Position numbers and translations under genes: made by a program
The notes under the pieces: generated by a model
What the model was told of the DNA's origin: nothing
Seen by the model: the letters and a program-made list of their open reading frames with translations, nothing else
Database searches by the model: none
Assembly: GCA_049177215.1 (NCBI GenBank)
Contig: CP185379.1
Coordinates: 203,046 to 267,045, forward strand
DNA: 64,000 nucleotides
Origin: Candidatus Pollutiaquabacter aromativorans
Lineage (GTDB): Bacteria; Bacteroidota; Bacteroidia; AKYH767-A; 2013-40CM-41-45
Direction of reading: 5' to 3'
Shown here: one piece after another, positions 56,047 through 64,000 of the stretch
How the letters are laid out: every line of letters begins with the position of its first letter
How positions within the stretch are numbered: the stretch's first letter is position 1

Positions 56047-56187
56047 AGTTGAATATTTCGGGTCTGTTTCAAAGTTGAATGTTGAAAGTTGAATGTTGAA
56101 AGTTTGGTTTTTTCAACCTTCAACCTTCAACCTTCAACCTTCAACCTTCAACCTTCAACCTTCAACCCGGAACCCGAAACCCGGAAC
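56047..56187. repeat. Heptanucleotide repeat element with opposed arrays (NGTTGAA x4-5 facing TTCAACC x8, then CGGAACC/CGAAACC)
   Basis: I read it directly. The two arrays are 6/7 complementary per unit, so they can form a long imperfect hairpin around 56104-56111. Confidence 0.85.
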
Positions 56188-56294
56188 GCAGTTGTCACTG
56201 GCCTTTCAATATCCCGCGGCTCAACTCCGTTACCGCTAACAGAATCGTGTTAACAAGTACCCCTCCAGGCAGCCATGCAGGGGCTTGAACCGGG

Positions 56295-56302
56295 TAATTT
56301 TG
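56295..56302 (+). promoter_or_regulatory. Candidate -7 promoter box (TAnnTTTG) for exbB-exbD-tonB
   Basis: TAATTTTG lies 26 nt upstream of the ATG at 56329. This is a motif match only. Confidence 0.3.
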
Positions 56303-56328
56303 TTGGCTATTAAAGAAGAAAAGCGTCC

Positions 56329-57054
56329 ATGTTGAACGGAATCATTTTGCAGATCAGCCAATCGACGGGTTCGATCGCCGACTCGGCGGCTACCGCCAGT
56401 ACGACCGTCCCCACCCTCCCTACGCCGTCTCAGTCAATCTCGCTGTGGGAGATGGCCGAAAAAGGCGGCCCGATCCTGATCCCCATCGCGATCCTGTCGA
56501 TCGCTGCCTTGTATATCTTCTTCGAACGGTATTTCACCATCAAGAAGAATTCCAAGATCGACATGAACTTCATGAATCAGATCCGCGACTACGTGCACAA
56601 TGGCAACATCGATGCCGCCAAGGCGCTCTGTAAAAACACCAACACCCCGGTGGCCCGCATGATCGAGAAGGGTCTGATGCGCCTCGGGAAGCCGGTGAAG
56701 GAGATCGAAGGAGCCATCGAAAACGTGGCCAAGCTCGAAATCTACAAGATGGAGAACAACATGAACGTACTGGGTACCATCTCCGGTATCGCCCCGATGT
56801 TCGGATTCCTCGGAACGATTTTTGGCGTGATCAAGATCTTCTATCAGATCGCCCTGCAAAACAGTCTTGAGATCAACGCCATCTCCGGCGGTTTGTATGT
56901 GAAGATGATCTCCTCGGCAGCCGGTCTGCTCGTAGGTATGATCGCGTACGCCTGTTATCACTACCTGGTGTACATGATCGACCGTGTCATCAACAAAATG
57001 GAGATCAACGCTGTCCAGTTCATCGACCTGCTGGAAGAACCCGTGAAAGGATAA
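56329..57054 (+). CDS. exbB: MotA/TolQ/ExbB proton-channel protein
   Basis: 241 aa with three TM segments and the conserved GTISGIAPMFGFLGTIFGVI block. Confidence 0.85.
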   Translation: MLNGIILQISQSTGSIADSAATASTTVPTLPTPSQSISLWEMAEKGGPILIPIAILSIAALYIFFERYFTIKKNSKIDMNFMNQIRDYVHNGNIDAAKALCKNTNTPVARMIEKGLMRLGKPVKEIEGAIENVAKLEIYKMENNMNVLGTISGIAPMFGFLGTIFGVIKIFYQIALQNSLEINAISGGLYVKMISSAAGLLVGMIAYACYHYLVYMIDRVINKMEINAVQFIDLLEEPVKG

Positions 57055-57087
57055 GGTCGCAGTTCCGGATCTCCGACAACCACTACC

Positions 57088-57492
57088 ATGAACTTCCGCA
57101 GAAGAAACCGACTCGTCGGCGAAGTGTACACCGCTTCGTTGAACGATATCATGTTCTTTCTCCTGCTCTTCTTCCTGATCACCTCTACGCTGGCAACGCC
57201 GAACGTACTGAAGCTCCTGCTTCCGTCGGCCAAGAGCAGCAGCCAGAGCGTCAAGCACCCCTTGACCATTTCGGTGACAGCGGATCTGCAGTATGCCATC
57301 AACAATACGCCGGTTCCGGCGGATCAGCTGGAAGCGGCGATCGAACAGGCCATCAAAGGCCAGCCCGACCCGACCGCGCTGCTGAAAGTCGACAAGACCG
57401 TCCAGGTTCAGAATCTGGTCGACCTGCTCGATATCGGCAACCGGAAAAAAGTGAAAATGGTGCTTGCCACCCAAACCTCCAAGCAGCAGTAA
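57088..57492 (+). CDS. exbD: Biopolymer transport protein ExbD/TolR
   Basis: 134 aa. The N-terminal block ASLNDIMFFLLLFFLIT and the single-TM topology are typical of ExbD. Confidence 0.85.
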   Translation: MNFRRRNRLVGEVYTASLNDIMFFLLLFFLITSTLATPNVLKLLLPSAKSSSQSVKHPLTISVTADLQYAINNTPVPADQLEAAIEQAIKGQPDPTALLKVDKTVQVQNLVDLLDIGNRKKVKMVLATQTSKQQ

Positions 57493-58338
57493 ATGGCTAC
57501 GGAAGCCGGCATTCGTTCGCGCTCCATCCTCATTTCCGTACTCGTACACGGGTTGTTGTTTCTCATCCTGTTGTTTACGGTCATGTCGACACCCATTCCT
57601 CCTTTTCCTGAAACAGGAGGCGGAGGCGGAGTGATCGTGAACATCGGCTACGTGGACGAAGCGAGTGGAGAAGTGCAACCCATGTCGCCGAATACCACGG
57701 AGGATCCCAATCTGTCGGCTTCGGTCCCTGTCCCTTCGCCGGACGAACAGTTCGCGACGCAGGAGATCGAAGAGTCGCCAATTGCCAAAGAGAAACCCGA
57801 CCCGGCCAAGACCATTCCCAAGACACCCCGCGAGACGACGCCGAAGACCCAGCCGGTGAAAACGGAACCGGTTCGCGTGGTGGACAGCCGTGCTTTGTAT
57901 AAAGGTCCGAAGACCGGTACCGGCAACCAGGGTACCGGTCAGGGCACCGGTGATCAGGGCGACCCAACGGGTGATCCGAATTCGAAGTACTACGGCAAGG
58001 GCAGTGGTACCGGTGGAGGAGAAGGCGGTGGCGACGGAAAAGGTACCGGCGGTGGTAAGGGCGATGGATTCTCCTTCGACCTCGCAGGCCGTCGCATGAC
58101 GCGGAAGCCGCAGGTCAACGATCGCTCGCAGGAGACCGGCAAGGTGGTCGTCGAAATTACCGTTGATAAGAATGGACATGTAACCAGCGCCATCCCCGGC
58201 GGTCGTGGTTCTACGACCACCAGCTCGTATCTGTATCGCCTGGCGAAAGAGGCCGCCATGAAAGCCGAATTCAGTCCCAGTCCCGACGGAGCCGATATCC
58301 AGAAGGGGACCATGACCTTCATCTTCCTCGTACAATAA
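57493..58338 (+). CDS. TonB-like energy transducer (second copy, Gly/Pro-rich linker)
   Basis: 281 aa. It has a TM anchor, a Pro/Gly-rich linker, and a C-terminal GKVVVEITVDKNGHVTSA...KAEFSPSPDGADIQKGTMTFIF TonB-C-like domain. Its start codon directly follows the exbD stop codon (TAA at 57490-57492, ATG at 57493). Confidence 0.7.
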   Translation: MATEAGIRSRSILISVLVHGLLFLILLFTVMSTPIPPFPETGGGGGVIVNIGYVDEASGEVQPMSPNTTEDPNLSASVPVPSPDEQFATQEIEESPIAKEKPDPAKTIPKTPRETTPKTQPVKTEPVRVVDSRALYKGPKTGTGNQGTGQGTGDQGDPTGDPNSKYYGKGSGTGGGEGGGDGKGTGGGKGDGFSFDLAGRRMTRKPQVNDRSQETGKVVVEITVDKNGHVTSAIPGGRGSTTTSSYLYRLAKEAAMKAEFSPSPDGADIQKGTMTFIFLVQ

Positions 58339-58381
58339 CCCGCTTCGGGTAGGGGAATCCTTCTTTTCTTTGTTGCCGGCT

Positions 58382-59687
58382 ATGACCTATCCCGAGGTCC
58401 TCGACTACCTGTATTCCTGTCTCCCGATGTTTCATCGGGTTGGCGCGGTGGCCTACAAGGCTAACCTGGACAACACACACCACCTGATGGAATTGCTGGA
58501 CCATCCCGAGCAGGGATTCCGTTCAGTGCACGTGGCAGGAACGAACGGTAAGGGCTCCAGTTCGCATATGCTGGCAGCGGTTCTGCAGGCCGCCGGTTAC
58601 AAGACCGGTCTGTATACATCGCCGCACTTACTCGACTTTCGTGAGCGCATCCGTGTCAACGGTGGCATGGTTCCGGAGGAGGTGGTGACCGGATTCGTTC
58701 AAGCTCACCGCGCCGCTTTCGATCGCATCCAGCCTTCTTTCTTTGAATGGACGGTAGCCCTGGCGTTCGATTATTTCAGGAACGAACAGGTCGACATCGC
58801 CATCATCGAGACCGGCTTAGGCGGTCGGTTGGACTCTACCAATGTGATTACTCCGGAAGTGGCACTCATCACCAACATCGGTTGGGACCACATGAATTTG
58901 CTGGGTGACACCCTGGAGAAGATCGCGGCGGAAAAGGCCGGTATCATTAAACCGGGAGTGCCGGTGATCATCAGCGAAGGTCAGCTTGAAACCATCCATG
59001 TCCTTACATCCGCGGCTCAGCGCGCCGGTTCAAACAGCTGCGTTGCGGATCAGGAGTACAAGGTTGAAGCGATTGGAGGAGATGGGCGCGACCTGAACGT
59101 GTCGGTCGAGCGTGAAGGTGCGGTGCAGGTGCATTATACAATCGGATTGCCGGGTCGGTACCAGACCAAGAATGTCGCGGGTGTTTTAGCGACGATCGAT
59201 CGTTTACGCGAGAATGGGCTGGAAGATACCGGAGGCTGCAGTCGCGCGCGGATTACGGGATGTCAGGAGTCTGACCGGTTTGATGGGACGCTGGCAGTTG
59301 CTGAAAGAACAACCGAAGGTGATCGCGGATGTAGGTCACAACCTTGATGGCATTCGGGAGATCCTCCTACAATTGGAGCATGAAAATCATACGGACTTAC
59401 ACTGGGTGATCGGTGTGGTTGAAGACAAAGACCTTTCGGGCATTCTACCCTTGTTGCCTGCCGCAGCCACTTACTACTGTTGCAAACCGGACTTGCCCAG
59501 AGGACGTGATGCGGCATCCCTGTGCCAGGCACTACGCGAACACGGACTTCGCGCAGAAGCCTATCCAAGCGTAGCCCTGGCCTTAGCCTCCGCCATGCGA
59601 TCGGCGAACGAGCGGGATCTCATACTCATCGCCGGCAGCACCTTTGTAGTAGCGGAGGCGATGAAGGCTGTAGTTGCAAGCTTATGA
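58382..59687 (+). pseudogene. folC: Bifunctional folylpolyglutamate synthase/dihydrofolate synthase FolC, reading frame interrupted by an apparent 1-nt insertion
   Basis: ORF 58370..59347 carries the Mur-ligase N-terminus and middle (HVAGTNGKGSSSHMLA, TSPHL, ETGLGGRLDSTN) up to ...LRENG. ORF 59214..59687 continues with IPEAAVARGLRDVRSLTGLMGRWQLL...DVGHNLDGI. The frames switch within 59216-59227, and removing one G from GGG (59216-59218) gives ...RENGWKIPEAAV.... Confidence 0.85.
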
Positions 59688-59751
59688 GGTAAAAAAAATT
59701 GATTAATAACCGAACTGAATGCTCGAATTTCCTTTAACCTCAAACACCTTT

Positions 59752-59798
59752 GTTGACTCTTTCAGAATGCGTCAACAATAAATTTGGACAAATTTATT
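59752..59798 (-). terminator. Two adjacent stem-loops downstream of the AT-rich three-gene operon
   Basis: aataaattt-ggac-aaatttatt lies at 59777-59798 and gttgac-N13-gtcaac at 59752-59776. There is no clean U-tract. Confidence 0.45.
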
Positions 59799-59804
59799 GT
59801 AATA

Positions 59805-60323
59805 CTACTTGACAGAATCATTTATTTCAGCAATCAATCTTTCCACATTAGCCATGTCAACGTCGACTCTTGAGTTTTGTACAGCAATTTCGTGCAATTT
59901 AAGTGCAAACTCAGGTAAATCTAAATCAGTGTAGCTGTTGGGAACAATAATACAATGTGCAAGATTTTCGGGTTTGCCAATTTTGTTTGTGAAATATATT
60001 TTATCCTCATAAATACCATCTACTAATTCAAGTGACAGCACATTCTCTTTAGGTAAAGAATAAATTAATCTCTGTTTGACATCCTTAAATTCGGTTTTCC
60101 CTTGCCTATACTGCGAGCCACAAACTGCTAGAGTCTTTTCTGCACTATGTACTTCACCATCGTCTACCGACAATCCATCTTCACCAGGTTTTAGCTGAAA
60201 ATCTCTTATAAGGGGCAGTTCTTTTTCGGATTTGCCAGAATGTAATATGCAAATTCTATATACTACTCCTATTTTCCCAATTGATATTCTTGAAGAGGGA
60301 GCGAAAGATTTTCCTTCAGCCAT
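59805..60323 (-). CDS. Hypothetical protein, third gene of the AT-rich orphan operon
   Basis: 172-aa ORF with an ATG start, AT-rich codon usage and no motif I can assign. Its 5' end overlaps the preceding ORF by 55 nt in another frame. Confidence 0.55.
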   Translation of the reverse strand: MAEGKSFAPSSRISIGKIGVVYRICILHSGKSEKELPLIRDFQLKPGEDGLSVDDGEVHSAEKTLAVCGSQYRQGKTEFKDVKQRLIYSLPKENVLSLELVDGIYEDKIYFTNKIGKPENLAHCIIVPNSYTDLDLPEFALKLHEIAVQNSRVDVDMANVERLIAEINDSVK

Positions 60324-60955
60324 ACTATGAAATGTGATGTTAAGGTATCAGTTTTAATACCACCTTTATAGGGGATCTTTTGACTATCCTCGCCGTAAAA
60401 ATAAGCAGTATTTGAATTTGATTTAATTACTAGTAGCAGCTTTGCAGAGCTAGTACTCCAATGCAAATTTAAACCTGCATAAGGGTTTACCTCAATCGAA
60501 GGCTCAATCAACAAATAACCATATTTTTCATAAATAGATTTTGCAAAATTGTTAAGTAAGACTTTAGTATCCTCCGCCAGTTTGATGTCGACAGTAAGGT
60601 ATTCATCGTCTTCACTTTGTTTTTTTACAGACTCAACTTTTTCTTTAACTTTTTCGATGAAGGGAGTAAGTTCTGGAATGAAATCTAAATTGATTAGATT
60701 AGTTAAGCTTAAATACTTTAAAGTACTTGCTAGACTTTGTATATTGTCATTAGATCCATCGTTAAAATTAATTTGCGTAATCCGATCGTTTCTTATTGAA
60801 TCAACCTTTTGTGACCAATTTTTCAAGATTGACTCATCTATTTTTAAAACAAGCTTGTGTTTTCTTGTAGAGGTTGAGCGACTGCTGCTTCTGAAAAAAG
60901 TTCGTGGCTTATCTTTTGTATAGCAGGCCTTGATGTATTTATAACTAGTATTCAT
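60269..60955 (-). CDS. Hypothetical protein, second gene of the AT-rich orphan operon
   Basis: 228-aa ORF with an ATG start. It has a basic Ser/Arg/Lys-rich N-terminus (KDKPRTFFRSSSRSTSTRKHK) and no recognised domain. It overlaps the upstream ORF by 11 nt. Confidence 0.6.
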   Translation of the reverse strand: MNTSYKYIKACYTKDKPRTFFRSSSRSTSTRKHKLVLKIDESILKNWSQKVDSIRNDRITQINFNDGSNDNIQSLASTLKYLSLTNLINLDFIPELTPFIEKVKEKVESVKKQSEDDEYLTVDIKLAEDTKVLLNNFAKSIYEKYGYLLIEPSIEVNPYAGLNLHWSTSSAKLLLVIKSNSNTAYFYGEDSQKIPYKGGIKTDTLTSHFIVWLKENLSLPLQEYQLGK

Positions 60956-61628
60956 ATTTAGAACTTTTATAGTCTATAAAATTAACTCTAGGTGCTATAG
61001 AATTATTCTTAATCAGTGTTTCTTTTAGCTCAGCTCTTATTATTGCGTCTTTCAATTTCCTTAAATCTGATAAGGTCATGTTTAAGTCAATCTGTGCATC
61101 ACTTCCGCATTCGTCATATGAAATGGTGAGTTGATGATTAATTATACCGTATCTAGGTTCGATTTCAATATTAGAATCGAAAACTAGTCTTACATCACTA
61201 AAGATTGTAGCGTCTTGAAAAACGCATTTATATGAAGTTCTCAGTTTTTCAATCTTAAGTGTTGTTTGAATATTTTTGTCTGAACTGAGTAGTGTTTTTA
61301 GATTTGTTTCTAATCGATGAACATCAGTTTCGTTCATGTCAGGATACATCTCGGTGCATGCTGACATCAGTTGATGTAATAATTCATCGGTTAGTTCACC
61401 TTTTTTTATGTCTTGCCAAATTAGACTAAAAACAACATCTGAAATTGCAGCAGAATCTTCGGTGCTTAATCCGGTTTGGTTTGAAATAATTATTGATACA
61501 TCTTCATGATGGGCACCTATCGGGGCTGTTGATAATACTAATGCAATTTTGGTTACTTGCTCGATGTTGAGTTTGAGTAATAAATCGAATCCTAGCTTGT
61601 AAGTTTCTGGAATTTGAATCTCGTCCAT
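60945..61628 (-). CDS. Hypothetical protein, first gene of the AT-rich orphan operon
   Basis: 227-aa ORF with an ATG start. It is acidic, with no signal peptide, no TM segment and no recognised domain. Confidence 0.6.
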   Translation of the reverse strand: MDEIQIPETYKLGFDLLLKLNIEQVTKIALVLSTAPIGAHHEDVSIIISNQTGLSTEDSAAISDVVFSLIWQDIKKGELTDELLHQLMSACTEMYPDMNETDVHRLETNLKTLLSSDKNIQTTLKIEKLRTSYKCVFQDATIFSDVRLVFDSNIEIEPRYGIINHQLTISYDECGSDAQIDLNMTLSDLRKLKDAIIRAELKETLIKNNSIAPRVNFIDYKSSKYEY

Positions 61629-61830
61629 AGGTAGATTGTGGAATTATACTATTATGTACGTGCCGTATTGGATAGATATTCACCAATATCATGAAATAAT
61701 TGACAGGATAGTGTCTAATTATAGGCGTTTCAAACTGAAAAGTGACATGTAAATTGGATTCCATGTCAACGAGACAATCAAAATGTTGATTATGAGCCAG
61801 TTGAAAATATGGATTAAGCAGATTCCCCTA

Positions 61831-61860
61831 TAAAAAAAGAACCCACCGCAAGGGTGGGTT
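61831..61860 (-). terminator. Rho-independent terminator downstream of tRNA-Val
   Basis: The 8-bp stem aacccacc / ggtgggtt has loop gcaag and is followed on the minus strand by cttttttt. Confidence 0.75.
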
Positions 61861-61869
61861 TCCGTTTTG

Positions 61870-61944
61870 TGGGAGCAACAGGGTTCGAACCTGTGACCCT
61901 CTGCTTGTAAGGCAGATGCTCTGAACCAGCTGAGCTATGCTCCC
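61870..61944 (-). tRNA. tRNA-Val (anticodon TAC)
   Basis: I folded it by hand as GGGAGCA-TA-GCTC-AGCTGGTTCA-GAGC-A-TCTGC-CTTACAA-GCAGA-GGGTC-ACAGG-TTCGAAC-CCTGT-TGCTCCC-A. It is 75 nt. Confidence 0.88.
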
Positions 61945-62101
61945 AATGATCTCTTTTTCAACAGTTTAGCACAATCAAAGTCGGCGGATTTTGTTGAAAA
62001 AGGAGTGCAAATATAGCTGTTTCGATCATTTCCTAAAAACTTGGACGTATTTTTTCGCTTCAAACGAAGTTCAGCGTTCCAACCCGGATTATAAGCATAC
62101 G

Positions 62102-63289
62102 ATGTCCAGATTGATATCCAGAAACGTTCTGCTGCTTTCTCTGATAAGCCTGTGTACGGACCTCGCCAGTGAGCTTTTGTATCCTGTCATGCCCGGATAC
62201 CTGCGTTCGATTGGTTTTTCCATGGCGTTGATCGGATTGCTGGAAGGCATTGCGGAGGCGATAGCAGGTTTGAGTAAAGGTTATTTCGGACATCTGAGCG
62301 ATGTGAAGGGGCGCAGGCTGCCATTTGTCCAATGGGGTTATGCTTTGAGTGCCATTTCCAAACCTCTGTTCGCGATTACTGTTCGTCCGGTTGGCGTCTT
62401 CTTTGCCCGGACCATCGATCGCGTCGGCAAAGGGATACGAACCGGTGCCCGCGACGCATTGCTGTCGGCTGACGCTTCGGTTGCAACAAAAGCTCGTGTG
62501 TTCGGATTCCATCGAGCAATGGACACGATCGGTGCGGTACTTGGTCCGCTGGTTGCCTTGCTCTATTTGAGTTATCACCCGGGCGCATATAGAGACTTGT
62601 TTCTACTTGCGTTTCTGCCTGGTTTTGGGGCTATCGTACTTACCATGTTTCTGCGTGAAAGAAGAGCCCAGAATCAGGCAAAAACGGTTTCGCCGGTTCG
62701 GTTCCTTGATTTTACTCGCTATTGGCGAATTGCGGATCCGGCATATCGTAAACTCGTCGCAGCGCTGCTGGTCTTTGCACTCGTCAACAGTTCGGATATT
62801 TTTCTTTTGTTGCGGATGCGCGAATCGGGAATGAGCGATCCGGCAGTGATCGGCGCTTATTGCTTCTATAATCTCATTTACGCGCTGGCAGCTTATCCGC
62901 TTGGAATGGTCGCTGATCGTTTCGGTTTTCGAAATGTGCTGGTGATGGGTTTGTTTTTGTTTGCAGGAGTGTATGCAGGCTTCGCTGTGAGTTCTTCGAT
63001 TGAGATTTACATGATTCTTCTCGCCTTCTATGGAATCTATGCCGCGGCAACCGAAAGTATTGCCAAAGCGTGGATAACGACTGTGTGCGAAAAAAAGGAC
63101 ACAGCAACAGCGGTTGGTACATTTACCGCTTTCCAAAGTATCGCGACGCTGTTATCCAGCACGCTGACCGGTATACTCTGGACCGTCTTTGGACCCTTTG
63201 TGGCCTTCGGAACCTCCGCCATGGTTACAATTCTTGTCGCCTGTTACATGCTAAGCATGAAATCGCAAAGTATTTCCAAATCCCATTAA
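62102..63289 (+). CDS. MFS transporter
   Basis: From the ATG at 62102 the protein is MSRLISRNVLLLSLISLCTDLASELLYPVMPGYL.... It has about 12 TM segments and an MFS loop motif (DRVGKGIRTGARDA). The listed ORF starts 111 nt upstream. Confidence 0.75.
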   Translation: MSRLISRNVLLLSLISLCTDLASELLYPVMPGYLRSIGFSMALIGLLEGIAEAIAGLSKGYFGHLSDVKGRRLPFVQWGYALSAISKPLFAITVRPVGVFFARTIDRVGKGIRTGARDALLSADASVATKARVFGFHRAMDTIGAVLGPLVALLYLSYHPGAYRDLFLLAFLPGFGAIVLTMFLRERRAQNQAKTVSPVRFLDFTRYWRIADPAYRKLVAALLVFALVNSSDIFLLLRMRESGMSDPAVIGAYCFYNLIYALAAYPLGMVADRFGFRNVLVMGLFLFAGVYAGFAVSSSIEIYMILLAFYGIYAAATESIAKAWITTVCEKKDTATAVGTFTAFQSIATLLSSTLTGILWTVFGPFVAFGTSAMVTILVACYMLSMKSQSISKSH

Positions 63290-63342
63290 TATTTATTCCG
63301 TCTGTTCATTTCTGTATAAAAACCTGAAGTGAGGTTTTCAGC

Positions 63343-63428
63343 CTCACTATTCACTCCTGCCTACGCTAAAGCTTCGGCAGGAAAAATTCACTGTTCACTG
63401 TTCACTGTTTACTATTCACTATTCACTA
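63343..63428. repeat. Heptanucleotide repeat element with an intact 26-nt palindromic core (opposite orientation to the copy at 23745-23770)
   Basis: cctgcctacgctaaagcttcggcagg at 63356-63381 is the exact reverse complement of 23745-23770. It is flanked by TTCACTG/TTCACTA units, which are the reverse complement of the AGTGAAC-type units. Confidence 0.88.
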
Positions 63429-63529
63429 ACCTCCTCTTCACCCACCACCGCAAAATGATCCATCCCTGACAATCCCTAACACTTCCGTGAAACTTGTCGG
63501 TGCCCGATGTATTTCCTTCGGCCTTCATA

Positions 63530-63889
63530 ATGCTTCCGGCCATGCAACCCCCACCCGTGGACGAGCGTTCTGCCTCGCTCAAGCGCCTTTACTTCGTCTT
63601 GTGGACGATGGGCGAATCATTTCCTGCGCAACGGACCTTTCAATCGGTCGATCTGAGCAGGCACGAATTGTATTTGCAAAAAGCCTTCCGCGAAGGTTCC
63701 CTGGTCATGGCAGCCTCCTTTGAAAATGGAAGCGGCATCGTGTCCCTCATGGAGGCCGAATCGGAGCAGGACATCCAGCAGTTCGTACGAAAATGCCCGG
63801 ACGTATTGGACCGGGTTTTACAGGCGCGGGTCAAACCCTGCCGTCCACTATTTTGGAAGGACTATAGTACAAGCGGGAAAGCGCGTTAG
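63530..63889 (+). CDS. YciI-like (DGPF domain) small protein, tentative
   Basis: The pattern LYFVLW...RHELYLQKAFREGSLVMAASFENGSGIVSLMEAESEQDIQQFVRKCPDV resembles the YciI family. The start is uncertain (TTG at 63494, ATG at 63530 or 63542). Confidence 0.45.
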   Translation: MLPAMQPPPVDERSASLKRLYFVLWTMGESFPAQRTFQSVDLSRHELYLQKAFREGSLVMAASFENGSGIVSLMEAESEQDIQQFVRKCPDVLDRVLQARVKPCRPLFWKDYSTSGKAR

Positions 63890-64000
63890 CGACCCTTCAA
63901 CTTGACGAATTCGTAACCGCCTTTCTCCGCGCCCCAGACCTGCTCGTCTTTTTCGTTATAACCACGGTCCCAGGAAAGCAAACGTTCCGGGGTGATCGTT
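63886..64000 (-). CDS. 3' end of an unidentified minus-strand gene running out of the window
   Basis: The open frame reads ...TITPERLLSWDRGYNEKDEQVWGAEKGGYEFVKLKGR-stop (TAA at 63886-63888). It is too short to identify. Confidence 0.3.
   Translation of the reverse strand, partial: TITPERLLSWDRGYNEKDEQVWGAEKGGYEFVKLKGR

Noticed and set aside
56434-58335. A 633-aa minus-strand ORF opposite exbB-exbD-tonB.
   Set aside because: It is antisense to three clearly recognisable genes and has a shadow-frame composition.
59690-59800. A direct repeat of the tRNA-Val 3' end that would mark an att site at the left edge of the AT-rich island.
   Set aside because: I could find no match to the tRNA 3' half (gggttcgaacctgt...) by eye. 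The island boundaries are therefore defined only by composition.
59994-60035. A GIY-x8-KIG string (GIYEDKIYFTNKIG) in the third island ORF that suggests a GIY-YIG nuclease.
   Set aside because: The spacing is short, there is no following conserved Arg, Glu or Asn, and the position within the protein is atypical. It is most likely chance in a K/I/Y-rich sequence.

Overview
This is a 64-kb chromosomal window from a fairly high-GC Bacteroidota genome. The phylum call rests on porP/sprF-gldKLMN, gldA, a T9SS C-terminal sorting tail on a GH18 enzyme, and TAnnTTTG-type -7 promoter boxes. I could not run any database search, so every product call comes from motifs I recognised in the supplied translations. 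All GC values are hand counts on a few 60-nt lines.

Gene content from left to right:
- An N-glycan disassembly cluster: a discoidin-tailed GH fragment, glycosylasparaginase, cutC, GH2 beta-mannosidase, GH92 alpha-mannosidase and a GH18.
- A TMEM175-like channel, then groES-groEL, secG, an lptE-like gene, a sigma-54 activator, miaB and topA.
- An arginase-fold gene followed by porP/sprF-gldK-gldL-gldM-gldN.
- A carotenoid operon, crtZ-crtI-crtB-orf-crtYcd-ispH, with a PAS-only protein transcribed divergently from it.
- tRNA-Arg(CCG), a penicillin-acylase-family Ntn hydrolase and era.
- An IS110-family element, then initiator tRNA-Met and der.
- A TlpA-like oxidoreductase, DASS and POT transporters, metK, gldA, rsgA, dtd and a mazG-like gene.
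- A tonB-exbB-exbD-tonB block, folC, tRNA-Val(TAC) and an MFS transporter.
- No rRNA genes and no CRISPR arrays.

Observations beyond routine annotation:
1. A roughly 2.15-kb segment of about 30% GC sits between folC and the 3' side of tRNA-Val. It carries three overlapping orphan ORFs that I cannot assign to any family. This is my best candidate for an undescribed defence or toxin module.
2. At least six intergenic loci share a dispersed family of strictly 7-nt-periodic tandem arrays. Several are built around a conserved 26-nt palindromic core.
3. Three conserved genes (ispH, folC and a TPR-tailed gene next to secG) are each broken by what looks like one extra base.
4. The IS110 element has a structured leader of about 260 nt that could encode a bridge RNA.
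5. The long miaB-topA spacer contains an unassigned region of about 215 nt with nested long-range complementarity.
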